Assembly (NCBI GenBank): GCA_963727825.1
Contig: CAVSHO010000009.1
Span: forward strand, 672,001-736,000
Reading direction: 5' to 3'
Length of the DNA stretch: 64,000 nucleotides
Source of the DNA: Ignavibacteriota bacterium
GTDB lineage: Bacteria; Bacteroidota; Ignavibacteria; UBA10030
Below are positions 1 to 9,944 of this stretch, one piece after another (position 1 is the first letter of the stretch; each line of letters opens with the position of its first letter). The position numbers and the translations under genes are program-made. The notes beneath the pieces were generated by a model. The model was not told where the DNA came from. It worked only from the letters and a program-made list of their open reading frames with translations, and ran no database searches.

Positions 1-199
1 TTGACTGAAATTTTGTATCACCAAGTTCTGCCAGACGTGCACATTCTAATAGTTGATTGGTGACTCCCTGAAATGCGGAGACAATGACAACTACACGTTC
101 CTTTTTAGCGGCATTGAGAACAATAGAAGCAACCTCACGAATCCGTTCTGGGTTAGCTACTGATGATCCGCCAAACTTTAATATTTTCTTTACGGGCAT
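1..199 (-). CDS. Aspartate kinase, N-terminal part (runs off the window edge; may be monofunctional or a ThrA-type fusion)
   Basis: Hand translation from ATG at 199: MPVKKILKFGGSSVANPERIREVASIVL...VVVIVSAFQGVTNQLL. Contains the KFGGSS and VVSA motifs. Not in the supplied ORF track. Confidence 0.9.
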   Translation of the reverse strand, partial: MPVKKILKFGGSSVANPERIREVASIVLNAAKKERVVVIVSAFQGVTNQLLECARLAELGDTKFQS

Positions 200-224
200 A
201 TAAGTTCTCTATCATTTAAAAATT

Positions 225-1310
225 TCAAAGTATAGTTTTATTCTGCAAGATATTTGCTAACTGAAGCATATCTTCCATTACACCGGCGGCTTTAATTTCA
301 GGACCTGCGCCCGGCCCGGATATAACAAGCGGCATTTCTTGATAGCGATGCGTAAAGATCGCGACAGAATTCACTGGACCGCTTTTAGATCCTATATGGC
401 CGTCTTTCGCAACCGATGTCAAGCCAACTCTGCCGCCTTTGGATGTCATATATGCAACATACCGAAGGCTTCTCCCTTCGCTTTGTGCCAACCGAACTTG
501 CGATGCGTACATCTCATTGAGCGACGGAAGTGCAGACATAAATTCTTCAACTGTTCGTTCAGTCCACGTCTGCGGATACATTGGTTCTGAAGTTAGATTG
601 CTCATCTCCAGCGGCCAGCCGGCTGTGCGTGCAAGAATCAACGCTTTTCGCACAATGTCATGTCCGCTTAAATCGTCCCGAGGATCCGGTTCAGTATAAC
701 CCATATTCCTTGCATTTGCCACAGCGACAGAATATGGAACACCCAATTCTAAAGCGGTACACAAAAAACCTAGCGTGCCACTCACGGATGCTTCGATACT
801 TGTAATTTCGTCTCCTGTATCGAGTAAGTATCGTAACGTGGAAATGAGAGGAAGCCCGGCGCCGACTGTCGCTTCATATCTGATCAATGGATGATCATAG
901 TACATTTTTGCTTTCGCCCATTCGGCAGCAAGTGGCATTTTATTTGCGACAACGATACCGCATCCCGCTTTTAATGCATCCTGAACGATAGCGGTCGTTT
1001 CCAGTGTATGTGTCGCATCAACGAGAAGAGTGCCAGGAAGCAGAACATCATACAACTTTGCATGTGGATGAAGATCCGCAACACCATTGAGTTTTCTGCG
1101 ATCATCAGTATCTCGTAGAATTTTTCGCAGCATCTCTTCGGAGATGCCTTCATTTTCCCACATCAAACCGGATGCATCAGATATGCCCGCGAGGATAAAC
1201 TGAATTCCAGTTCTTTGGGCAACGGTTTTGTGTGTATCGAGAATCTGAGTCATTAAGGCCCGACCGACAGGACCTAAACCAAGCAAGATAAATGGTACTT
1301 GTTTGTCCAT
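225..1310 (-). CDS. hom: Homoserine dehydrogenase (stand-alone)
   Basis: GLGPVG Rossmann motif, VVANK, YEATVGAGLP, EPDPRDDLSG, GPGAG. Confidence 0.9.
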   Translation of the reverse strand: MDKQVPFILLGLGPVGRALMTQILDTHKTVAQRTGIQFILAGISDASGLMWENEGISEEMLRKILRDTDDRRKLNGVADLHPHAKLYDVLLPGTLLVDATHTLETTAIVQDALKAGCGIVVANKMPLAAEWAKAKMYYDHPLIRYEATVGAGLPLISTLRYLLDTGDEITSIEASVSGTLGFLCTALELGVPYSVAVANARNMGYTEPDPRDDLSGHDIVRKALILARTAGWPLEMSNLTSEPMYPQTWTERTVEEFMSALPSLNEMYASQVRLAQSEGRSLRYVAYMTSKGGRVGLTSVAKDGHIGSKSGPVNSVAIFTHRYQEMPLVISGPGAGPEIKAAGVMEDMLQLANILQNKTIL

Positions 1311-1335
1311 TATTCATTTCCTAAAAATAGTCTCG

Positions 1336-2397
1336 TTAAATCCCTGCAGCAACCATATCACCGATCTCTTCAGTAGTATATCCCATTTTTCCTGCTGCTA
1401 GAGTCTTGAGTTTTTTCTGTACAATTTTGATAACTGCATTCTCGATTGCTTTACCGGCTTTTTCTTCTCCAATTGTTTCTAACAGCATTCCCATTGCACA
1501 AATCGCTGCAAGCGGATTAATGACATGTTTTCCGGTATACTTTGGTGCAGATCCGCCGATGGGCTCAAACATGGAAACACCTTCCGGATTAATATTGCCG
1601 CCGGCTGCAATTCCCATACCTCCCTGCACCATTGCGCCAAGATCTGTTATGATATCACCAAACATATTATCTGTTACGATAACATCGAACCATTCGGGAT
1701 TTTTTACAAACCACATTGTTGTCGCGTCAACGTTGGCATAATCTGTCTGAATGTCCGGATATTCTTTTTTCACTTCATCAAACGTCCGCTGCCAAAGATC
1801 CCATGCAAATGTCAACACATTTGTTTTTCCGCAAAGTGTTACTTTTCGCTTCTTGCTGTTACGCTTTTTGCAATACTCGAAAGCGTAGCGTATGCAACGT
1901 TCAACACCTTTGCGAGTATTATGAGAGATTTGAATTGCAATTTCATCCTTCGTGCCTTTATTTTCAAAACTACCTAAACCTTTATATAAACCTTCGGAAT
2001 TCTCGCGCACTACAACAAAATCTATATCCTCGGGTTTCTTATCCTTCAGCGGACAAAACGCTTCATTATATAACTTGATCGGACGTAAGTTAATATACTG
2101 ATCGAGAACAAACCGTGTTTTCAATAAAATCCCTTGTTCGAGGATGCCAGGTTTTACATCCGGGTGCCCAATCGCACCCAGGTAAATCGCATCGAATTTC
2201 TTTAACCCTTCAAGTTCATCATCTGTAATAGTTTTGCCTGTTTTCAGGTACCGTTCACCGCCATAATCAAACATGGTCGTATCATAAGAAAAACCATATT
2301 TTTTAGAAACATCTCTCAGAACTTTCAAACCCTCAGCAACAACTTCGGGTCCAGTGCCATCACCGCCAATTACCGCAATAGTATATTTCTTTCCCAT
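1336..2397 (-). CDS. leuB: 3-isopropylmalate dehydrogenase
   Basis: GDGTGPEV, RENSEGLY, NMFGDIITD, FEPIGGSAP; leu operon context. Confidence 0.92.
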   Translation of the reverse strand: MGKKYTIAVIGGDGTGPEVVAEGLKVLRDVSKKYGFSYDTTMFDYGGERYLKTGKTITDDELEGLKKFDAIYLGAIGHPDVKPGILEQGILLKTRFVLDQYINLRPIKLYNEAFCPLKDKKPEDIDFVVVRENSEGLYKGLGSFENKGTKDEIAIQISHNTRKGVERCIRYAFEYCKKRNSKKRKVTLCGKTNVLTFAWDLWQRTFDEVKKEYPDIQTDYANVDATTMWFVKNPEWFDVIVTDNMFGDIITDLGAMVQGGMGIAAGGNINPEGVSMFEPIGGSAPKYTGKHVINPLAAICAMGMLLETIGEEKAGKAIENAVIKIVQKKLKTLAAGKMGYTTEEIGDMVAAGI

Positions 2398-2435
2398 TAT
2401 ATTTCCTTTGCTCCTTGATTAAAACATTCTTTTTC

Positions 2436-3308
2436 TTATAAGTTATTCATTATTTTACTTAATTCTTCTGATCTGTGCGTTGCTGTTGCAACCGCATCAA
2501 TTAGCATTGAGCGGATGCCATGCGATTCAAGCTCGTGAATTGCATTGATAGTTGTTCCACCGGGTGTCGTTACCTGATCGCGCAAAATTGCCGGATGCAA
2601 GCCGGAGGATTTTGCTAACTTTGCGGAGCCAAGAACTGTTTGAATGGCAAGCTTCGATGAAATATCCCGGGATAATCCCATTTTCACCCCGCCATCAATC
2701 AACGCTTCAATCACCATATAAATGTATGCTGGACCACTGCCGCTAAGACCGGTTACGGCATCAAGCTGATCCTCGGTAACTACGACAACTTCGCCAACAG
2801 CTTCGAAGATGGATTTTGCAATCTTTTGTTGTTCAGCGGTTACATGATTCCCGAATGCTACAGCTGCTGCGCCTTCATCGACCGTCGCGGCAATATTTGG
2901 CATCGTACGCACGATACCAAGATTTGTTCCAAGCATTTGTTGAATAAACGCAATCCGCATTCCAGCCACAATTGAAATTACAAGTTGATTAGGCCGAATT
3001 GATTCTTTCATAGTCTCCAGAACATTGGAAAGTGTTTGCGGCTTCACACAGAGCAATAAAATATCCGAATCTTTGACTGCTTCTCTAATGTTGGGTGTTG
3101 TGCGAACCTTCCACTCCGACGCAAGGGTTTGCAGTTTTTCTGGATTGATATCGCATGCAATAATTTTTTTTGGCGGTGTCAGTTTTGCATTAATGATGCC
3201 CTTCATTAATGCCGATCCCATATTACCGGCACCAAGGATAGCAATAGGCCGATCGATATGATGATATTCTTCGTGCTCTTGCATCACTTTTTTTCCTTTT
3301 GTCTGCAT
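2436..3308 (-). CDS. proC: Pyrroline-5-carboxylate reductase (start may be a few codons downstream)
   Basis: GAGNMG, VKPQ, RTMPN, GLSGSGPAY, VTTPGGTT. Confidence 0.95.
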   Translation of the reverse strand: MQTKGKKVMQEHEEYHHIDRPIAILGAGNMGSALMKGIINAKLTPPKKIIACDINPEKLQTLASEWKVRTTPNIREAVKDSDILLLCVKPQTLSNVLETMKESIRPNQLVISIVAGMRIAFIQQMLGTNLGIVRTMPNIAATVDEGAAAVAFGNHVTAEQQKIAKSIFEAVGEVVVVTEDQLDAVTGLSGSGPAYIYMVIEALIDGGVKMGLSRDISSKLAIQTVLGSAKLAKSSGLHPAILRDQVTTPGGTTINAIHELESHGIRSMLIDAVATATHRSEELSKIMNNL

Positions 3309-3321
3309 AACCTATTCTCCA

Positions 3322-3912
3322 TTACTTTGCATTATTCGCTTCGTATTGTTCTACCTCTTTGCTGAATCGTCGCAAGTATTCCAATTCATCTACGCCGTTC
3401 AAGAGACAAAATTTTGAAAACGGATCAATTGGAAACGATGCACTTATTCCTGATGGAAAAACGATTTGCTGTTTCTCAAGATCAATTGTCACTTCGGCAT
3501 TCGGTGACTTCTGAATTTCTTCTTTTAACTGCCGATGTTCTTCTTGAGTGAGGATGACTGGAAGCAGTCCGTTTTTCATCGAGTTGCTGCGGAAGATATC
3601 TGCAATTGTTGTGCTGATAACCGCTCGAAATCCGAATGCCGTAAGCGCCCACGGTGCATGCTCGCGTGATGAACCGCACCCGAAATTATCTCCCGCTAAC
3701 AAGACTTGTGATCCACGATGTTGTTGTTGATTTAATACAAAATCAGATTTTGGAGAACCATCGGTATTGTACCGCCAATCACAAAACAATTGTTCACCGA
3801 GTCCTTTTTTATCCGTGACTTTCAAAAATCTTGCAGGAATGATTTGATCCGTGTCAATATTATCCACTAACAGTGGAACAACGCGAGATATAAGTTTAGT
3901 AAATGTTGCCAT
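3322..3912 (-). CDS. leuD: 3-isopropylmalate dehydratase small subunit
   Basis: NIDTDQIIPARFL, NFGCGSSREHA. Confidence 0.97.
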   Translation of the reverse strand: MATFTKLISRVVPLLVDNIDTDQIIPARFLKVTDKKGLGEQLFCDWRYNTDGSPKSDFVLNQQQHRGSQVLLAGDNFGCGSSREHAPWALTAFGFRAVISTTIADIFRSNSMKNGLLPVILTQEEHRQLKEEIQKSPNAEVTIDLEKQQIVFPSGISASFPIDPFSKFCLLNGVDELEYLRRFSKEVEQYEANNAK

Positions 3913-3945
3913 AGTATTTTTTGTCTTTAAGGATTGAAATTGAAT

Positions 3946-4746
3946 TTATCGTTTAATGGCTTCGACCTCAAGCCGCACCATATTAACATGAACCACACCG
4001 TTTTCATCAGCAGGATGATATTTGAGATAGTCATCTGCTAACTGAGTTATAAAAAATTCTCTATCTTCTTCCGGTACCCGATGCGTATAAGGAAGCCAAG
4101 TTGTTCTGACCCACGATTCGAAACCTGAGCGACCGTCATGTTTTGCATCTTTTGGAATCAGTTCCACACGTTTTGCCACTAACCCAGCTTCACGAAGCCA
4201 TAATCTATATTCGTCAGGTCCATAGAAACCATAAGAAAAATTGAAACCAATGAAGTACCTGCTCCACTCTTCTTTAGTGATCAGTTTCTTCATTGTAATT
4301 TCAACCTCATATGCATTATTACGTCCGCCCATTTGTAAAAGAATATTCCCGCCCCTTTTCAGACCTGAATAAATACACTTCAGTACAGGCTTATGATCAA
4401 GAATCCAATGCAAAGTCGCATTAGAAAAAACTACGTCGAATTCGTTGTCGAACATTAACCTGCTTGCATCTCCTCGTTGAAACCGCAAGTTGGGAAAAAC
4501 ATCTGTCGAGTACTTGCTTTGTGCAAGCGCGACCATCGCCTCTGAGCTGTCAATGCCAACGACAGACCCATTCGGCAAGCAACTGGCAATCTCGGCGCTG
4601 ACTTTACCATCACCGCTTCCAATGTCGAGAAGCTTTTCGCTACCTTTCAACTTTAGTTTGCCGATAAGCTCACGCGCCCATTGTTGTTGAATACTGGAAC
4701 TTTTTGCATAATCAACAGCATTCCATTGATAAGTTTGAACGTCCAT
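3946..4746 (-). CDS. Class I SAM-dependent methyltransferase, trans-aconitate methyltransferase (Tam)-like
   Basis: N-terminal WNAVDY, LDIGSGDG motif I, GIDSSEAM, FDVVFSNATLHW. Confidence 0.8.
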   Translation of the reverse strand: MDVQTYQWNAVDYAKSSSIQQQWARELIGKLKLKGSEKLLDIGSGDGKVSAEIASCLPNGSVVGIDSSEAMVALAQSKYSTDVFPNLRFQRGDASRLMFDNEFDVVFSNATLHWILDHKPVLKCIYSGLKRGGNILLQMGGRNNAYEVEITMKKLITKEEWSRYFIGFNFSYGFYGPDEYRLWLREAGLVAKRVELIPKDAKHDGRSGFESWVRTTWLPYTHRVPEEDREFFITQLADDYLKYHPADENGVVHVNMVRLEVEAIKR

Positions 4747-4749
4747 TAT

Positions 4750-6162
4750 TTAATCCGTTAGTAATGTGCGAACATCGGTAATCCTACCGGTAACAGCGGC
4801 AGCAGCAGCAGTTAGTGGAGAAGCAAGAAGCGTCCTTCCGCCTTTACCTTGCCGTCCTTCAAAATTACGATTGCTCGTCGAGACGGCATATTGACCTGCT
4901 TTAATTTCATCGCCATTCATAGCGATGCACATTGAACAGCCGGATTCGCGCCATTCGGCGCCAGCATCTGTAAATATTTTGTGCAATCCTTCAGCTTCCG
5001 CCTGCCGTTTGATTTCTTGTGAACCGGGAACGACCATCGCACGTACATTCAGTGCAACTTTGCGTCCTCGGAATACACGTGCGGCATCTCGTAAATCAGA
5101 CATGCGGCCATTGGTACAACTTCCTATAAACACAACATCGATCTTCTTTCCTACAAGAATCTCATTCGGCTCGAAACCCATATAGTGAAGAGATTTCTCC
5201 AATGTCTGCTTATCTGTTGCGTTCTTTGAACTCGATGGATTTGGAATGCGTCCGGTGACAGGTATTCCCATTCCTGGATTTGTACCAAATGTCAGCATCG
5301 GCTCAAGTTTTGAAATATCCAATGTGACCGTTGTATCATACGTAGCACCTGCATCTGTTGGTAAAGAACGCCATGACATCAACGCTTTTTCCCATGCGTC
5401 ACCTTTCGGAGCAAACTCCCGATTTGCAAGGAACTCAAACGTTTTATCATCCGGAGCCATCATACCGGCGCGTGCACCGCCCTCTATAGACATATTGCAG
5501 ACAGTCATTCGTTCTTCCATAGAAAGCGATTTCACAGTTGATCCTGTGTATTCAATTACATGTCCTGTACCACCACCAACACCTATCTTTGCTAAAAGCG
5601 CAAGTATTATATCTTTTGCGGAAACACCATTACTCAATCTTCCTTCAATGCGAACTTCCATTGTTTTGGGAAGACGCTGCAGCAGACATTGCGTTGCCAG
5701 TACATGCTCAACTTCACTGGTCCCGATACCGAATGCAAGTGCACCGAAAGCTCCATGAGTTGCCGTGTGACTGTCACCGCAGACAATTGTCATTCCCGGC
5801 TGAGTTAAACCGCGTTCTGGACCAATAATATGTACAATTCCACGTTGTGGATGATCTTTTCCGTAAAGTTGAAAACCAAATTCCTGCGCATTTATTTCCA
5901 TCTGACGCATTTGTTTCGCTGCAAGTTCATCGGAAATAGGAACGGAAGGAGGCAAAGTCGGAATGCTATGATCCATTGTTCCGACGGTGCGATCAGGACG
6001 CCGTACTTTAAGTCCGCGACGACGCAGACCATCGAATGCTTGAGGCGAAGTAACTTCATGAACAAGTTGCAAATCTATGTACAGAACAGCGGGCGATTCT
6101 GGTTCCTGCGCAACGACATGTCGATTCCAGACTTTTTGAAATAGTGTAAGTGGTTGAGACAT
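4750..6162 (-). CDS. leuC: 3-isopropylmalate dehydratase large subunit
   Basis: [44 protein letters not shown]. Start trimmed to ATG at 6162 ([10 protein letters not shown]). Confidence 0.97.
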   Translation of the reverse strand: MSQPLTLFQKVWNRHVVAQEPESPAVLYIDLQLVHEVTSPQAFDGLRRRGLKVRRPDRTVGTMDHSIPTLPPSVPISDELAAKQMRQMEINAQEFGFQLYGKDHPQRGIVHIIGPERGLTQPGMTIVCGDSHTATHGAFGALAFGIGTSEVEHVLATQCLLQRLPKTMEVRIEGRLSNGVSAKDIILALLAKIGVGGGTGHVIEYTGSTVKSLSMEERMTVCNMSIEGGARAGMMAPDDKTFEFLANREFAPKGDAWEKALMSWRSLPTDAGATYDTTVTLDISKLEPMLTFGTNPGMGIPVTGRIPNPSSSKNATDKQTLEKSLHYMGFEPNEILVGKKIDVVFIGSCTNGRMSDLRDAARVFRGRKVALNVRAMVVPGSQEIKRQAEAEGLHKIFTDAGAEWRESGCSMCIAMNGDEIKAGQYAVSTSNRNFEGRQGKGGRTLLASPLTAAAAAVTGRITDVRTLLTD

Positions 6163-6210
6163 AATATAATCCATTTGATTTGATAAAATATTTTCTTTGT
6201 CTATTGTCAA

Positions 6211-6591
6211 TTATTTGATATTTATAAATTCTATTCTCTTTGATAATGTTTTCTTCACTGGACAGCTTTGTGCTACCCGTATAAGCTTCTCTTTTTCTTG
6301 TACGGTTAATTTTCCATTAATCTTTACCTTGTATTCAAATGTAACAAATTCAGGATCGTTTCTATTAAGCGACACTTCTGTCTTCACCTTAGAAACACTC
6401 ATTTTATGATTTTCAGCAAACATCCTTATATGCATATTCATGCAACATGCTACTGCTGCCTCCAGAAGCTCATGTGGCCTAAAACCAGAATTACTTCCCC
6501 CTTTATCAATCGTTGTATCTGAAAAGGCTGAATGTTTTCCATTAGAAAATTCTGTTCCATAATTATTTTCGACATTTTTTGTTTTTATCAT
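6211..6591 (-). CDS. OsmC-family protein
   Basis: GG.SGFRPHELLEAAVACC ... CPVKKTL two-Cys OsmC pattern; ATGA-type overlap with the upstream gene. Confidence 0.8.
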   Translation of the reverse strand: MIKTKNVENNYGTEFSNGKHSAFSDTTIDKGGSNSGFRPHELLEAAVACCMNMHIRMFAENHKMSVSKVKTEVSLNRNDPEFVTFEYKVKINGKLTVQEKEKLIRVAQSCPVKKTLSKRIEFINIK

Positions 6592-7292
6592 TTTATTGCC
6601 ATTGCATATTTAAGTATGCTTTCTACATGTATTTCGGTCGTATTCAATAATTTGAAATTAATAAAATCCTCTTTTTTCAAGATAAAAGGTAATTCAGTTC
6701 CGCCTAATATCAGACCTTCAATACCATTCAATTCAATCATCTCATTAGTAATATCTATCAATTTCTCCTTTGTCTCCGATCGAAATATTCCATTCACAAG
6801 TTCATTCATATATTTGTCATGAATATAATTCTGTGATTCTATCTGTGGCGTTATAATCTCTATTCCTTCCTTGGAAAATCCTGTTTGATAAAATCCACCT
6901 TGCATTGTTGATTTTGTTCCAAATAGTCCAAGCTTTTTTATGCCGAGTTTTTTCGCATATGAAATCGTTACATCAACGATACTGATTAATGGAATACTAG
7001 ATCGCTTCTGCAATTGCTCAAAAACAATGTGCGGTGTATTGGATGCTATTGCTGCAAAATCAGCACCGCCATCTTTCAGCTTCTGAATCTCACTGCTTAT
7101 ATACTCAATTAATCCGTGATACTCTTTTTTCGCGATAAAATTTAACACCCGCGTCATATCAATACTGTTAATCAATATTGACGGATATTGAAGAGTCTTT
7201 CCCTTTTCCTGAAATCCAGAAATTATCTTCTGATAATAATCTATTGTCGATGGAGGTGCAATTCCTCCTATAATTCCGATAACTTTTTGCAT
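6588..7292 (-). CDS. Asp/Glu racemase-fold (RacX/YgeA-like) protein lacking both catalytic cysteines
   Basis: IGIIGG..P.ST..YY, ASNTPH (canonical CNT), GLFGT..TM, LGGTEL (canonical GCTE). Confidence 0.8.
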   Translation of the reverse strand: MQKVIGIIGGIAPPSTIDYYQKIISGFQEKGKTLQYPSILINSIDMTRVLNFIAKKEYHGLIEYISSEIQKLKDGGADFAAIASNTPHIVFEQLQKRSSIPLISIVDVTISYAKKLGIKKLGLFGTKSTMQGGFYQTGFSKEGIEIITPQIESQNYIHDKYMNELVNGIFRSETKEKLIDITNEMIELNGIEGLILGGTELPFILKKEDFINFKLLNTTEIHVESILKYAMAIK

Positions 7293-7330
7293 AGAGCTAC
7301 TGAAACAATAATACTATTCTCCGGAACTGC

Positions 7331-8860
7331 TTAATTTTGCTGTTCTTCTTTCCGCTTTTTTGATGCCAAGGCCCGATTAAGCGCTTCTAAGTACGCACGC
7401 GCGCTGCCTGCAAGAATATCTGTGCTAGCGGCACGGCCGTTAAACAGCACACCATCAAACTCAACGCGCACAAATACTTCGCCGACTGCATCATGGCCAA
7501 GACTAACAGATTTGATAGAATATTCCGTCAGTTTACCAATGACACCAGTAATACGTTCAATCGCTTTATAGGAAGCATCCACAGGACCGTCACCCGTCGC
7601 TGAATCCACAATTGTTTTATCGCCTTGCTGCAGCTCAATTGTTGCGGTCGGACGAAGATTCGTTCCACTGACGATTTGAATATTCGTCAAACTAAACACT
7701 TCTTCAATTTCGCTCGAGGTTTCAAGAATCGCTTCAAGGTCCTCATCAAACACTTCTTTCTTTTGATCGGCAATCTCGCAGAAGAGTTTATAAGCACGCT
7801 GAAGTTCATCATCCGATAATTTGTATCCTAATTCAGTATAACGCTGTTTCAGTGCATGCCTGCCGGAATGTTTTCCAAGTACCAACATTGTATGCTTGAT
7901 ACCAACAGACTGCGGCGTCATAATTTCATAAGTGATCGGGCTTTTTAATACGCCATCCTGATGAATACCAGCTTCATGGGCGAATGCATTCGCACCTACA
8001 ATTGCTTTATTTCGTTGAACCATCATGCCGGTTAGACTGCTTAATAATTTACTTGATTTGTAAATCTCTTGTGTATCGATATTCGTTTTGAGTCCAAGTT
8101 TTTCATGCCGCGTCTTGATAGCCATAGCTATTTCTTCTAACGAAGCATTGCCCGCACGTTCACCAATGCCGTTAAGAGTGCATTCTACTTGCCGCACACC
8201 ATTTTGAATTGCAGCAATAGAATTGGCAACTGCCAGACCAAGATCGTTATGACAGTGTGAACTCAAAACCGCTTTCTTGATATTTGGCACTCGTTCGCGA
8301 ACCATACGAAACATAGCGCCATATTCGTCTGGAATAGCATACCCTACCGTATCGGGCAGATTAATAATACTTGCACCGGCGTCAATTGTTGCTTCGACAA
8401 CTGTGCACAAATAGTTAATATCGGTACGAGAGGCATCTTCGCAAGAAAATTCTACCTCCTCACAAAGCGATTTGGCATATGTCACCGCCCACACTGCATC
8501 CTGTAAAACTTGCTCACGTGATTTTTTAAGCTTGTACTTCAAATGCAAATCCGACGTTGCCAAGAAAATGTGGATTCGCGGTTTGACCGCACTTTGGATT
8601 GCTTCCCAGGCGCGATCGATATCCAATTTTACAGTCCGAGCAAGTGCCGCGACCGTACATGTTTTAATCTTTTCTGCAATAAGTTTTACTGCCTCGAAAT
8701 CGCCAACAGATGCAATTGGAAACCCTGCTTCAATCGCATCTACGCAAAGAAGTTGAAGTTGACGGGCAAGACGAAATTTTTCTTCTATATTCATACTGCA
8801 ACCGGGAGATTGCTCGCCATCGCGTAGTGTCGTGTCAAAAATGTATATTAGGTTTTCCAT
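7331..8860 (-). CDS. leuA: 2-isopropylmalate synthase
   Basis: FDTTLRDGEQSPG, HCHNDLG, GIGERAGNA, HEAGIHQDG, C-terminal regulatory domain (GDGPVDA). Confidence 0.97.
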   Translation of the reverse strand: MENLIYIFDTTLRDGEQSPGCSMNIEEKFRLARQLQLLCVDAIEAGFPIASVGDFEAVKLIAEKIKTCTVAALARTVKLDIDRAWEAIQSAVKPRIHIFLATSDLHLKYKLKKSREQVLQDAVWAVTYAKSLCEEVEFSCEDASRTDINYLCTVVEATIDAGASIINLPDTVGYAIPDEYGAMFRMVRERVPNIKKAVLSSHCHNDLGLAVANSIAAIQNGVRQVECTLNGIGERAGNASLEEIAMAIKTRHEKLGLKTNIDTQEIYKSSKLLSSLTGMMVQRNKAIVGANAFAHEAGIHQDGVLKSPITYEIMTPQSVGIKHTMLVLGKHSGRHALKQRYTELGYKLSDDELQRAYKLFCEIADQKKEVFDEDLEAILETSSEIEEVFSLTNIQIVSGTNLRPTATIELQQGDKTIVDSATGDGPVDASYKAIERITGVIGKLTEYSIKSVSLGHDAVGEVFVRVEFDGVLFNGRAASTDILAGSARAYLEALNRALASKKRKEEQQN

Positions 8861-8871
8861 AGTTTGTTTTC

Positions 8872-9912
8872 CTACAATGTTTTGTTTTCGAGTAGTGCTA
8901 ATTTACGAACCCACTCCATTAATATTCCAAATTGTTCTGGTGTCAACGATTGCGCACCATCCGAAAACGCCGCTTCCGGATGTGGATGAACTTCAATAAT
9001 TAATCCGTCGGCGCCAACAGCAATAGCTGCTTTTGCAAGCGGAGTAACAAGACTGCGGACGCCAGTGCCATGACTTGGATCAACGATCACAGGCAAATGA
9101 CTCAGCTCTTTCAAAGCTGGCACCGCTGAGAGGTCGCAAGTATTGCGTGTGTATTCTTCGAACGTTCTGATGCCTCGTTCGCAGAGAATGACTTGTTCGT
9201 TACCCTGCGACATAATGTATTCTGCTGACATCAGCAATTCTTTCAACGTGCTGGACTGTCCGCGTTTTAGCAAAACCGGTTTTTTAAATTTGCCGATATC
9301 TTTTAGCAGTGCAAAGTTTTGCATGTTACGCGCGCCAATCTGCAAAATATCTGCATAGTCTGCCACAAGCGGTATGTCAGTCGGAGTGATTACTTCCGTA
9401 ATAATGAGTAGACCGGTTTTTTCACGCGCTTCGGCAAGCAGTTTTAATCCTTCTTCTTCTAAACCTTGAAATGCATAAGGCGATGTCCTCGGTTTGAACG
9501 CGCCTCCACGGAGAACTTTTGCTCCAGATTTCTTCACTAATTCTGCCGAAAGGAGAATCTGTTCGCGACTTTCAACCGAGCAAGGTCCCGCCATGACAAC
9601 AATATTACCGTTACCGATGATTACAGGCGGCAGATCGCTTTCATTTGGAGCTGGAATTGTGATGACTGTCCGAGACTCGTTCCATTCTCGGCTTGCAAGC
9701 TTAAACGGCTTTAGAATCGGGACAACATTTTCGACGCCATCAAGTGTTTCGAGTGCTTGCAATCGGTACTTCCCGCGTTCATCGCCCACGCAAGCAATTA
9801 CAGTTCGCAATTCTCCATAAATTGGGTGCACGCGGAACCCAAGTTCTTGTACTTTCTCAAATACACGTTCAATTTGCTGCTGGCTCGCACCAGCTTTCAT
9901 TACGATTATCAT
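8872..9912 (-). CDS. aroF: DAHP synthase, type I-beta with N-terminal regulatory domain
   Basis: [42 protein letters not shown]. Confidence 0.93.
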   Translation of the reverse strand: MIIVMKAGASQQQIERVFEKVQELGFRVHPIYGELRTVIACVGDERGKYRLQALETLDGVENVVPILKPFKLASREWNESRTVITIPAPNESDLPPVIIGNGNIVVMAGPCSVESREQILLSAELVKKSGAKVLRGGAFKPRTSPYAFQGLEEEGLKLLAEAREKTGLLIITEVITPTDIPLVADYADILQIGARNMQNFALLKDIGKFKKPVLLKRGQSSTLKELLMSAEYIMSQGNEQVILCERGIRTFEEYTRNTCDLSAVPALKELSHLPVIVDPSHGTGVRSLVTPLAKAAIAVGADGLIIEVHPHPEAAFSDGAQSLTPEQFGILMEWVRKLALLENKTL

Positions 9913-9944
9913 TAAATAATTTTCTATTTGTCAGAAACCAAATA

